This document shows positions 21,030 through 29,343 of a stretch of 64,000 nucleotides of DNA, piece by piece. A model generated the notes under the pieces. The model ran no database searches. It had not been told where the DNA came from and saw only the letters and a program-made list of their open reading frames with translations. Every line of letters starts with the position of its first letter. The stretch's first letter is position 1. Made by a program: the position numbers and the translations under genes. This DNA comes from an uncultured Actinomycetes bacterium (GTDB lineage: Bacteria > Actinomycetota > UBA4738 > HRBIN12): contig CAVPIB010000001.1 of NCBI GenBank assembly GCA_963704885.1, positions 192,001-256,000 of the forward strand, given 5' to 3'.

Positions 21030-21658
21030 CGGGGCGGATCCTGCGCGGGATCGCACCGTTCGCTTTGGTGGCCGCAACGGTCGTGGGTGTGGCGGTCGTG
21101 GCGATGGCTGCCGGACCGGTCGTTCCGGGGCCGCGGGCGCAGGTCGACGATCCGAACGACACGCGAGGTCCGCTCGACATCAGGCGCGTCTGGTTCGAAG
21201 ACCCAGCGGACGCTCCGCCGAACTGGACCATCGTCACGTACGGCCCCTGGCACCCGAAGCGGCTCTACGACAGGGGTTTCACGTTCGTCTTCCTGGATAC
21301 GACCGGCACGGACAGAGCCGAGTACTACGTGCTTATCCGCTCGGTGGGGCGTGCGTTGGCGGGTTCGCTCTGGCGTGACCCCAAACGCGGCGGCGACATC
21401 AAACTCCTGCCGATCGGTGTGACGCGATCCTCGAACGCGAGCCTCACCCTGGAGATCCCGCTGAGGAAGCTCGAGGTAGGTCCGTTCCGGACCTACTACG
21501 GCTGGTACGCCGTGACTACGTTCACGGGTCGGGTGTGCCGCGCCACGTGCATCGACCGGACGCCGGATACCGGAGCGTTCGATCAGCCGATCGGTATCCC
21601 GTCGCCCACGCCCACCGGGAGCCCGACGGCGTCGGTCGGCAGCGATGAACGAACGTGA
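21026..21658 (+). CDS. Secreted hypothetical protein
   Basis: ATGA overlap with the upstream stop; signal-like N-terminus; DDPNDTRGPLDI; CRATC Cys pair; Pro/Thr tail. Confidence 0.7.
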   Translation: MTGRILRGIAPFALVAATVVGVAVVAMAAGPVVPGPRAQVDDPNDTRGPLDIRRVWFEDPADAPPNWTIVTYGPWHPKRLYDRGFTFVFLDTTGTDRAEYYVLIRSVGRALAGSLWRDPKRGGDIKLLPIGVTRSSNASLTLEIPLRKLEVGPFRTYYGWYAVTTFTGRVCRATCIDRTPDTGAFDQPIGIPSPTPTGSPTASVGSDERT

Positions 21659-21688
21659 TCCCGGCGGGGGAAGTCGTCCAGGCCTTCG

Positions 21689-23188
21689 TCAGGAAGGTCG
21701 AGAGAGGGCGGTGCCATCCAGCTGCGGATCGACCAACGGCGTTGGTTTCTCCACGACGTGGAAGCGCCGTTCGGGGCTGATCAGGCTGTATACGACCGAC
21801 GAGGCCTCCAACACCGTGAAGATCGGGATCATGGCAGCTTGAAGGACGAAGTAGCCGGGGTGCCGCAGCGCGCGCAAGCCCTCCTGCATCGATAGGCTGA
21901 CCCACAGCCCAAGCAGGTAGTTCGTCACGAACACGGCGAAGATCGCGTCTCCGACGATCGCCAGGCCGCGGGGCACCGCCACGCCGCTGAAGATGTGGAG
22001 GAGCGAGTAGGCGAACCCGGTCCACCCCACGGTCCAGAGGAACATCGCGAACCAGAGCGAGCGACGATACTTGACGGGCACGGGCGTCTTCCTGGCCGCC
22101 CACCACATACCGGTGAACCACCGCCGCCGCTGGTGGATGAAGTCGTTGAGGTTGGCGGGCGACTGCTCTATCACGGTTCCCTCTACCCACCGGAAACGGT
22201 TGCCCTCGCCCATCTGTCGAAGTGCCCAGGTCGTGTCCTCGGTCGTGCAAGCTTCGGGCGGGAAATCGAAACCCACCTGCCGTTCGACGCTCGAGCGGAC
22301 GAGCAGGAAGGAGCCGTGCATCCCGAACAGGATCTGGTGCATCCGGTACTGGAGATGGAATCTGCCCAGATCGTCCCCCACGCGGATGGAGTCGGCCATG
22401 GAGAAGACCTTGTTGGACGCCAGATTCCGGTGATACGTGATGAGTCCCTGCCCGATGCGATGCTTGCCGGACCGCTCCTCTTCGGTTACGGCTTCGCGGA
22501 TACCCACGATCAACTCCTCGGTGACGTGGGACTCCTCGTCCAGGTGCAGGATCCAGCCGTCGTCGGGGATCGGAGAGACAGAGATGGCGTAGTGGAGCGC
22601 GCGAGCCTTGTGCGTGGCCCCGTTGCTCGTTGCGAAGTCATCCGGCACGACGATCGTGTGCACGGCTTCGTGATCGGGCAGGCCTTCTACCGGCACGTCG
22701 CTCACGACCTCGATCTGGAAGGGGAAGCACGGCCGCGATCTCATCGAGTCCAGAACCGAATGGGTCGTGGCGATCACCGTCTCAGGCTGGTCGCCGCGAG
22801 TCACGATCCGGAAGACGATTGGGAACCGCATGGTCGTGGCCCGAGATCCGGCGCGTGTCTCTTCGGTGGCCTTCGTGTGACGCCTGAATAGCAGCCATCC
22901 GGAAACGTCCGCGATCGCCCACGGGAGCATGAGGGACCACGTCACTGCGCTCCAAGCGATCACGTGATCGAAGAGGTTGTTGGCGGGATGTCCTCCCTGC
23001 GGCCAGACGACACCCTTCACGTAGCGGATCGCGAGGAAGATGACCGCCATCAGCGCGATCACCCCGAGACGGAAGATCAAGTTGCGCGACGCCAAAGAGC
23101 GGCTCGCGATCGGTTCGGGCGCTGATCGATCCGGGCCGGGGGCTTCGGGCGAAGGTTGGGCGAGGGTCTGGGTTCGAGTCGTCTGCAT
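21689..23188 (-). CDS. GT2 glycosyltransferase, egghead/BRE-3-like
   Basis: HKARAL, WILHLDEES, IGQGLITY, ADSIRVGDD, TED, EQSP..DFIHQRRRW; N- and C-terminal TMs. Confidence 0.85.
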   Translation of the reverse strand: MQTTRTQTLAQPSPEAPGPDRSAPEPIASRSLASRNLIFRLGVIALMAVIFLAIRYVKGVVWPQGGHPANNLFDHVIAWSAVTWSLMLPWAIADVSGWLLFRRHTKATEETRAGSRATTMRFPIVFRIVTRGDQPETVIATTHSVLDSMRSRPCFPFQIEVVSDVPVEGLPDHEAVHTIVVPDDFATSNGATHKARALHYAISVSPIPDDGWILHLDEESHVTEELIVGIREAVTEEERSGKHRIGQGLITYHRNLASNKVFSMADSIRVGDDLGRFHLQYRMHQILFGMHGSFLLVRSSVERQVGFDFPPEACTTEDTTWALRQMGEGNRFRWVEGTVIEQSPANLNDFIHQRRRWFTGMWWAARKTPVPVKYRRSLWFAMFLWTVGWTGFAYSLLHIFSGVAVPRGLAIVGDAIFAVFVTNYLLGLWVSLSMQEGLRALRHPGYFVLQAAMIPIFTVLEASSVVYSLISPERRFHVVEKPTPLVDPQLDGTALSRPS

Positions 23189-23234
23189 CTCACATCCACT
23201 CTTGGAGGTCGGCCGTTCAGGGGGGTCTCTAGCT

Positions 23235-23264
23235 GAATCGACACCTAGACCCTGAAGCCTTGAT
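23235..23264 (-). promoter_or_regulatory. Candidate sigma28 (WhiG/FliA) promoter for the GT2
   Basis: ATCAAG-N16-GTCGATTC. Confidence 0.5.
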
Positions 23265-23426
23265 GCCTAGATGTAGGTAAAGGTCTGTGGCCGACCGCTC
23301 CTCGGATACTCAAGGAACGAGCGGGTTCCTTCTTGACGGAACCCTGAGACACGGTTGAGGCGCCTCTGACCCCCGCACCCGATGAAAGGGATGCGACCCC
23401 AAGTCGGAAGGAAAGGTCAGGGCACG

Positions 23427-23690
23427 ATGAGCGCCACGGCACAGACCCTCGAAGGATGGTCGAGCGGCGAGCCACGCTCCCTCGTTCGGCGTGTCCGTGG
23501 GTTGAGCGTCCGGCGAGCCGTTGCGTGCCTGACCTGCGCTGTCGCCGGTGCCGGGGTCGCCTGGAACTGGGCCACGCTGCTGGCCGGGGCGCTGCATATG
23601 GGCTGGGTGGGACCGGCTGTGGGCCTCGTCGCTGGTCTGTGGATAGCCGGCGTGATCGCAGGGCTCGACGCCGACGAGCAGCGTCAGTAG
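23427..23690 (+). CDS. Small membrane protein
   Basis: RBS GGAAAGGT; 87 aa with two hydrophobic segments. Confidence 0.55.
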   Translation: MSATAQTLEGWSSGEPRSLVRRVRGLSVRRAVACLTCAVAGAGVAWNWATLLAGALHMGWVGPAVGLVAGLWIAGVIAGLDADEQRQ

Positions 23691-23721
23691 ACCCCTCCGC
23701 TCGCTCCTGGATCCCGCGAAT

Positions 23722-23750
23722 CTCAACCGCCTGCCGTTGCGTGCCGATGG
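23722..23750 (+). promoter_or_regulatory. Candidate sigma28 promoter for the RR-HK-EAL cassette
   Basis: CTCAAC-N15-GCCGATGG. Confidence 0.55.
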
Positions 23751-23817
23751 AACGGGGGGATCGCTCGGTGTGGTCTATCGCCCCGAGCGGTCGGTCCGCC
23801 GTCGAGCAACGGAGTCC

Positions 23818-24522
23818 ATGGTGCAGGAACGGTCGAGCCTCGATGAGGGAGGAACCGCTCGAGTCCTGGTTGTCGACGATGACCAGGACATACGCGATGT
23901 CATCCTTTCGGCCCTGGAGCGAGAGCACTTCGAGATCCGTCAGGCGGCCGACGGTCGATCGGCCGTGGAGCTGGCGCAGGAGTTCCGCCCCGACGTCATC
24001 TTGCTGGATCTGAACCTCCCGGGGCTGAGCGGGATCGACGTCTGCCAGCGCGTGCGGGCGTTCTCGGACGCCTACATCCTGATGCTGACAGCGTCGGACG
24101 AACTGAGCGACAAGCTCGTCGGGCTCTCGAGCGGGGCCGACGACTACGTGGTCAAGCCGTGCTCCATGGCGGAGATCGTCGCCAGGATCCGAGCGCTCAC
24201 ACGACGATCTCGGACTGTGCAGGCCCCCGATCGCGCTCGCTCCTACGGCGACCTGCGCCTCGACCCGGCCACTCGTGAGGTTCAGATCAGCGGCGCGCCG
24301 GTCTCTCTCACGAGGATCGAATTCGACCTGCTCGACGTGTTGTTGACGGATCCTAAGGTCGTCGTGTCCAAGGGCCGTCTCCTCGAACGCGTCTGGGGAC
24401 CGAACTGGTACGGCGACGACCACGTCGTCGACGTGCACGTGTCCAACCTGCGCCGGAAGATCGGCGCCTCGCTCATCCGCACGGTGAGGGGCGTCGGCTA
24501 TCGCCTCGGTGATGCGGCGTGA
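23818..24522 (+). CDS. OmpR-family response regulator
   Basis: VLVVDDD, ILLDLNLP, GADDYVVKP, VDVHVSNLRRK, IRTVRGVGY. Confidence 0.93.
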   Translation: MVQERSSLDEGGTARVLVVDDDQDIRDVILSALEREHFEIRQAADGRSAVELAQEFRPDVILLDLNLPGLSGIDVCQRVRAFSDAYILMLTASDELSDKLVGLSSGADDYVVKPCSMAEIVARIRALTRRSRTVQAPDRARSYGDLRLDPATREVQISGAPVSLTRIEFDLLDVLLTDPKVVVSKGRLLERVWGPNWYGDDHVVDVHVSNLRRKIGASLIRTVRGVGYRLGDAA

Positions 24523-24532
24523 ACGTGGGTGG

Positions 24533-25714
24533 ATGATGCCGTCGCGGGCCGATGACCTGGGGCCGTTCGACCCGGACGCCCAGATCCTGATCGTCGACGA
24601 CGTTGAACCGAACGTGCGACTCCTTGAGCGCGTGCTCCGAGACGCCGGTTACCGCAACGCGAAGGGCTTCACCGATCCGAACGAGCTCCTGCGGTGCGTC
24701 GATGAGAGCACGCCGGATCTGATCTTCCTCGACCTCCACATGCCCGTCGACGGCCTAGGGCTGATCCGCGAGCTTCGCAAGCGCTTCCCGAGGTCCGTCG
24801 AGCTTCCGATCATCGTGCTCACGGGCGACGTGACGCCCGAGGCGAAGCACCGCAGCCTGCTCGCCGGCGCCAGCGACTTCCTCACCAAGCCCTACGATCT
24901 CACGGAGGTGCTCTGCCGCGCGGCGAACCTGCTCGAGGCGCACGAGCTGCACCTGCGCCTGCTGAGTCGGCAGGGGGATCTGGAGTCGGTCGTCGCAGAT
25001 CAGACGAAGAAGCTCGAGGATCGGCTTCACGATCTGGGCCGGCTCGACCAAGAACGCCGCAGGCTACTTTCCCACCTCGTGCACGCCCAAGAGGAAGAGC
25101 GAAGGGCGATCGCGTCTGATATCCACGACGACCCGATCCAGAAGATGGTAGCCGTGGCGATGCGGCTGGACATGGTCCTCGAGGAGCGCCCGGAGCTCGG
25201 CGACGACGAGCAGTTCCACAAGGCGCAGGAGACGGTGAAGAGGTCGATCGAGAGCTTGCGCAGTCTGATGTTCGAGCTGCGGCCCTACGTGTTGGACCAT
25301 GATGGCCTTGCTGCGGCCCTGACCGTTCTCGTCCGGGAAGAGGGGAAGCTGCCCGGAAGCGCGACGTACAAGGTCCGGAACCGGCTCGGTTCGGAACCGC
25401 CCGACAGCGTGCGGGTGATCCTTTACCGCATCACCCAGGAGGCGCTCGTCAACGTACGCAAGCACGCTCGAGCCTCCCAGGTCGAGATCACCCTGGAAGA
25501 GAGTGATCAAGGCTACACGGTGCGGGTGAAAGACGACGGGGTCGGGTTCGAGCCCGAGACGTCCTCGGATCCATCGCTCGGCCATATCGGCCTGACGTCG
25601 ATGCGCGAGCGAGCCTCGTTGGCGGGTGGGTGGTTCCGGATCGAGAGCACGCCAGGCGCAGGCACGGTCGCGGAGGCCCTGATCCCGCGCGAGGCGCAGG
25701 GAGCGGCGGCGTGA
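24533..25714 (+). CDS. Cytoplasmic hybrid: receiver domain plus HisKA_3/HATPase kinase
   Basis: ILIVDD...FLDLHMP; EERRAIASDIHDDPIQ; QEALVNVRKHA; DDGVGF; no TM. Confidence 0.9.
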   Translation: MMPSRADDLGPFDPDAQILIVDDVEPNVRLLERVLRDAGYRNAKGFTDPNELLRCVDESTPDLIFLDLHMPVDGLGLIRELRKRFPRSVELPIIVLTGDVTPEAKHRSLLAGASDFLTKPYDLTEVLCRAANLLEAHELHLRLLSRQGDLESVVADQTKKLEDRLHDLGRLDQERRRLLSHLVHAQEEERRAIASDIHDDPIQKMVAVAMRLDMVLEERPELGDDEQFHKAQETVKRSIESLRSLMFELRPYVLDHDGLAAALTVLVREEGKLPGSATYKVRNRLGSEPPDSVRVILYRITQEALVNVRKHARASQVEITLEESDQGYTVRVKDDGVGFEPETSSDPSLGHIGLTSMRERASLAGGWFRIESTPGAGTVAEALIPREAQGAAA

Positions 25715-25735
25715 TCGTCGGAACAGGGTGACGCG

Positions 25736-26953
25736 ATGCCGATCCGGATCCTGATCGCCGACGACGACGCCGAGGTCCGCAGCGTCCTCATCGACATCAT
25801 AGGAAGGGCCGAGTCGCTCGAGCTCGTCGGCGTCGCCGAGGATGCACAGCAGGCGATCGAGCTCGCAGGACGGCAGCGACCCGACGCCGCACTGTTGGAC
25901 GTGAAGATGCCGGGTGGTGGTCCGCGGGCGGCGCGGGAGATCCGCGCGTCCAGTCCAGGAACGGCGATCATCGCGCTGTCGGCACATGAGGACGCGCGCA
26001 GCGTCCAGGAGATGCTGGCGGCGGGCGCCTACAACTTCCTGGTCAAGGGGACGAGCCCCAAGGAGCTCGTGGACGCGATCCGCTCGAGCGTCAACGGAGA
26101 GGTACGGCTCTCCGCCAAAGCGGCGTCTCATGTCGTCGGGGAACTGGCCACCAAGCTGGTGCAGGAGCGCGAGGGGGTCGAGCGACGCTCCGCCTGGGAG
26201 AGGCAGATCCAGCGAGTCCTCGACAGCGGCGGTCCGGAGTGTGTCTTGCAGCCGATCATCGCGCTCGATACGGAGCAGCCTGTCGGCTTCGAAGCGCTCG
26301 CCCGGTTCGACTCGGAACCGGTCCGCAGTCCTGGCGCCTGGTTCGCGGAGGCCGCGGCCTTGGGGTACGCGCTCGAATTGGAGATCGCCGCGGTCGAGGC
26401 CGCGATCTCGGGCATCGACCATCTCCCGCCCGGGGCGTTCTTGGCGCTTAACGTCTCTCCAGCATCGATCGTATCCTCGCGGCTCACGGAGACGATCGGG
26501 CGGATCCCGCTCGACCGCGTGGTCGTGGAGCTGACCGAACACGCGCCGATCTCCGACTATCCGATGTTGCGTTCGGTCCTTGCCGATCTTCGCCTGAGCG
26601 GAACTAGGCTCGCGGTGGATGACGTCGGGGCAGGCCACGCCAGCCTGCGGCACATCCTGCAGCTCGAGCCGGACCTGATCAAGCTCGATGTCAGCCTGAC
26701 CAGGGACATCGACACCCAGCGCGCGCAGCGATCTCTCGCGTCGGCTCTGGTCACGTTCGGTCGAGAGATGGAGGCCACCCTCATCGCGGTGGGTGTCGAG
26801 ACCGACGCCGAGCTTGCGGTCATCCGAGAGCTCGGTATCCCCTGGGCGCAGGGCTACTACTTCGGTAGGCCGGCCCCATGGCCGGTTCCCCCGTCCGAGG
26901 TCCCCTCCAAGCGCGAGGTCGAAACGAAGAGTCTCGCCGAACCTCGTCGATAG
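25736..26953 (+). CDS. Receiver plus EAL-domain protein
   Basis: ILIADDD...LLDVKMP; FEALARF, ELTE, DDVGAGHASL, IKLD, QGYYF; AEGVE motif reads AVGVE. Confidence 0.9.
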   Translation: MPIRILIADDDAEVRSVLIDIIGRAESLELVGVAEDAQQAIELAGRQRPDAALLDVKMPGGGPRAAREIRASSPGTAIIALSAHEDARSVQEMLAAGAYNFLVKGTSPKELVDAIRSSVNGEVRLSAKAASHVVGELATKLVQEREGVERRSAWERQIQRVLDSGGPECVLQPIIALDTEQPVGFEALARFDSEPVRSPGAWFAEAAALGYALELEIAAVEAAISGIDHLPPGAFLALNVSPASIVSSRLTETIGRIPLDRVVVELTEHAPISDYPMLRSVLADLRLSGTRLAVDDVGAGHASLRHILQLEPDLIKLDVSLTRDIDTQRAQRSLASALVTFGREMEATLIAVGVETDAELAVIRELGIPWAQGYYFGRPAPWPVPPSEVPSKREVETKSLAEPRR

Positions 26954-26966
26954 ACTGGAACGCGAA

Positions 26967-27039
26967 GGGGACGTAGCTCAGCTGGTAGAGCACCTGCTTT
27001 GCAAGCAGGGGGTCGGCGGTTCGAGTCCGCTCGTCTCCA
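26967..27039 (+). tRNA. tRNA-Ala(TGC)
   Basis: GGGGACG/CGTCTCC acceptor stem with G3.U70, CCTGC-TTTGCAA-GCAGG anticodon arm, TTCGAGT T-loop. Confidence 0.97.
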
Positions 27040-27068
27040 CGCCGTCTCCACGCCGACTCTCCACGCCG
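27034..27068 (+). repeat. Three copies of TCTCCACGCCG starting in the tRNA-Ala 3' end
   Basis: Copies at 27034, 27045 and 27058. Confidence 0.85.
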
Positions 27069-27156
27069 GATTCATCCGAGCCGACTACGCGGATCAGCCA
27101 TCACAGGCCGTACCATGTCGGGGTCCATCGTCGAGATCACAGATTCGGAGGCGTCG

Positions 27157-27648
27157 ATGAAGCTGACCAGGTTCCTGGCCGTGTTGATCGTCGGAGCATT
27201 CGTCCTCGCCGCATGCGGTGGGGGCGATGACGGGGATACGGTGTCCCCTGCGGCCGGTGACGGCGGCGGGGACACCGGTGGAGTCACGGGTGTCTTCGAC
27301 ACCGCCGAATGCGCACAGGCGGTCACCGCCTGGAGCGCCGCCGCGGCCGCCGTGCCGGCGGCGATGAGCGGATCGGCCGGCGACCTGGATACCACGCTCG
27401 CCCAGCTCCAGGCGTTCGCGGACGCGGCGCCCGAGGAGATCCGGGCGGATCTGGTGCTCGTCTACCAGGGATACGGCGCGTTCATGACAGCCATACAGGA
27501 CTCCGGCTACGACCCGAGCAGCGGTGAGGTGCCGTCCGCCGACGCGATGGCCGCGATGGAGGCGGCGAGCGCGACACTCGATGATCCCGAGTTCACGGCG
27601 GCGTCCGACCGCGTGAGCGCGTGGTTCGACGCTAACTGTGGTGGCTGA
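27157..27648 (+). CDS. Lipoprotein
   Basis: RBS GGAGG; MKLTRFLAVLIVGAFVLAAC lipobox; acidic Ala-rich domain with a Cys pair. Confidence 0.85.
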   Translation: MKLTRFLAVLIVGAFVLAACGGGDDGDTVSPAAGDGGGDTGGVTGVFDTAECAQAVTAWSAAAAAVPAAMSGSAGDLDTTLAQLQAFADAAPEEIRADLVLVYQGYGAFMTAIQDSGYDPSSGEVPSADAMAAMEAASATLDDPEFTAASDRVSAWFDANCGG

Positions 27649-27682
27649 CCGACCTACCAACTGAGCGACCTATCATCGGGCC

Positions 27683-28345
27683 GTGCATCGGTTCATCGCG
27701 GTCCTGGTCGTGGCGGCCTGCTCGCTGGTGCCCTCCGTGGCCTCGGATGCCGCACCCCGCCGCCTTCCGGTGTTCGAGGCCGATGTGTCGATGTTGGATC
27801 GAGCCGCCCGGGAGCTGATGATCGGGCGCTCCTGGCACGCCGGCTGTCCGGTACCGCTGCGTGATCTCCGGCTGATAGAGCTCACCTACTACGGCTTCGA
27901 CGGACACGCGCATCGGGGCCAGCTGGTCGTCCATCGTTGGTACGCCGCTGGATTCGTCGGGGTGTTCCACCGGCTCTACGACGCCCGCTACCCGATCAGA
28001 AGGATGCGACTGGTCGACCGCTACGGCGCCGACGACTCGCGCTCGATGGCGGCAGATAACACGTCGGCGTTCAACTGCCGGCTTCGCGCAGGGTCTTCCA
28101 CAGAGTGGTCTCAGCATGCGTACGGGCGCGCCATCGACGTGAACCCGGTGGAGAACCCCTTCGTCACGCCCACTCACGTATCTCCGCCCGCGGGGATCCA
28201 CTACTTGGATCGAACGCAGACCCTGCCGGGCATGATCCACCTTCGCGACCGGGTCTGGTGGGCGTTCCACGCGATCGGGTGGGTGTGGGGCGGCACCTGG
28301 ACAGGCACGATCGACTACCAGCACTTCAGCGCGAACGGGCGGTAG
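27683..28345 (+). CDS. M15-family metallopeptidase (D-Ala-D-Ala carboxypeptidase-like), secreted
   Basis: NTSAFNCR, SQHAYGRAIDVNP, DYQHF. Confidence 0.88.
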   Translation: MHRFIAVLVVAACSLVPSVASDAAPRRLPVFEADVSMLDRAARELMIGRSWHAGCPVPLRDLRLIELTYYGFDGHAHRGQLVVHRWYAAGFVGVFHRLYDARYPIRRMRLVDRYGADDSRSMAADNTSAFNCRLRAGSSTEWSQHAYGRAIDVNPVENPFVTPTHVSPPAGIHYLDRTQTLPGMIHLRDRVWWAFHAIGWVWGGTWTGTIDYQHFSANGR

Positions 28346-28368
28346 AGGTCTAACTAGTCTGGGTCGGA

Positions 28369-29169
28369 CTAGCAGACGGCCATCAGGTAGGCGTGCGGGT
28401 CCACCGCGCTGCCGTTGCCCGGGTGCCACTCGAAATGATCGTGGTACCCGCCGGCGTCGCCCGTGGCGCCCACGTAGCCGATCACGTCGCCGGCCTGCAC
28501 CTCACCGAGCTGACCGTATCCGGACAGGTGCGCGTTGTAGACGTATCCGTGTTCGCCGAACACCTTGACGGCCAAGCCACCGAGCTCGTTCGAGCTGGCC
28601 TCTGCTACGCCGTCGAACGGCGCCACGATCGGGGTGCCCGACGCCGCGATGATGTCGTTGCCCTGATGGATGTGCTTCGGCACTTCGGGCTTGATGACCC
28701 AAACACCGAAGTCGTCGATCACCTCGTTGGATCCCGCGACCGGGCACGCACGGAAGATCCCGAACGTCTGGATCCACTCGGTGAGACTCAGGCGCTGGGT
28801 CCGAAGCACGACCGTCCGCTCCCGGATGAAACGCTCCAGCTCGCGGAGCTTGAGGTTGAGCTCGTGTCGCAGCCCGGTCAGGTGTTCTTGGCGGCGGCTC
28901 CACCGCGCTCGGTCCGATGCAAGCGACGGCCCCTTGGCCTTGACGCGGTCGATGCGGCTCTGGATACCTCGGATCTGGTGGTGCAGGTTCTGTCGGCCGA
29001 TGCGTCGGACCTCGTGGATCCGCACGAGCTTCTTCACCGTGACCTTGCGCTCACGCAGGGCGCCGCTGAGCTGGGTGTCCGCGCCTGCGGCGGCCACCAC
29101 GCCTCCCACGATGAGTACGGCGCTCAGGATGAACGCCGCTCCGCGCCAGACCATCTTCGTGCGATCCAA
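28369..29169 (-). CDS. M23-family peptidase with N-terminal coiled coil
   Basis: HQGNDI (HxxxD), GTPIVAPFDG, YNAHL, HDHFE. Confidence 0.88.
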   Translation of the reverse strand: MDRTKMVWRGAAFILSAVLIVGGVVAAAGADTQLSGALRERKVTVKKLVRIHEVRRIGRQNLHHQIRGIQSRIDRVKAKGPSLASDRARWSRRQEHLTGLRHELNLKLRELERFIRERTVVLRTQRLSLTEWIQTFGIFRACPVAGSNEVIDDFGVWVIKPEVPKHIHQGNDIIAASGTPIVAPFDGVAEASSNELGGLAVKVFGEHGYVYNAHLSGYGQLGEVQAGDVIGYVGATGDAGGYHDHFEWHPGNGSAVDPHAYLMAVC

Positions 29170-29202
29170 CCTCTCCGACCTCCCCAGTCCTGACGCTTCC
29201 GG

Positions 29203-29283
29203 GTATCGGCACGGAGGGCTTCGGTTCTTGAGGGCACCGGTGCACAGGTTCGGGGTTCAGACACGTCTCTAACGCGCCGATGG
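29203..29283. promoter_or_regulatory. Back-to-back candidate sigma28 promoters
   Basis: Minus: CTCAAG-N16-GCCGATAC (29232-29203); plus: TTCAG-N15-GCCGATGG (29256-29283). Confidence 0.6.
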
Positions 29284-29343
29284 GAAGGGGAGTCGGCTCC
29301 GGTCGACGTGAGAGATCGTTCCGAGGGACCGGGGGAATAGACG

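Noticed and set aside
27034-27068. CRISPR array
   Set aside because: Repeats are 11 bp with 0-2 nt spacers and there are no cas genes; no CRISPR was seen anywhere in the window.
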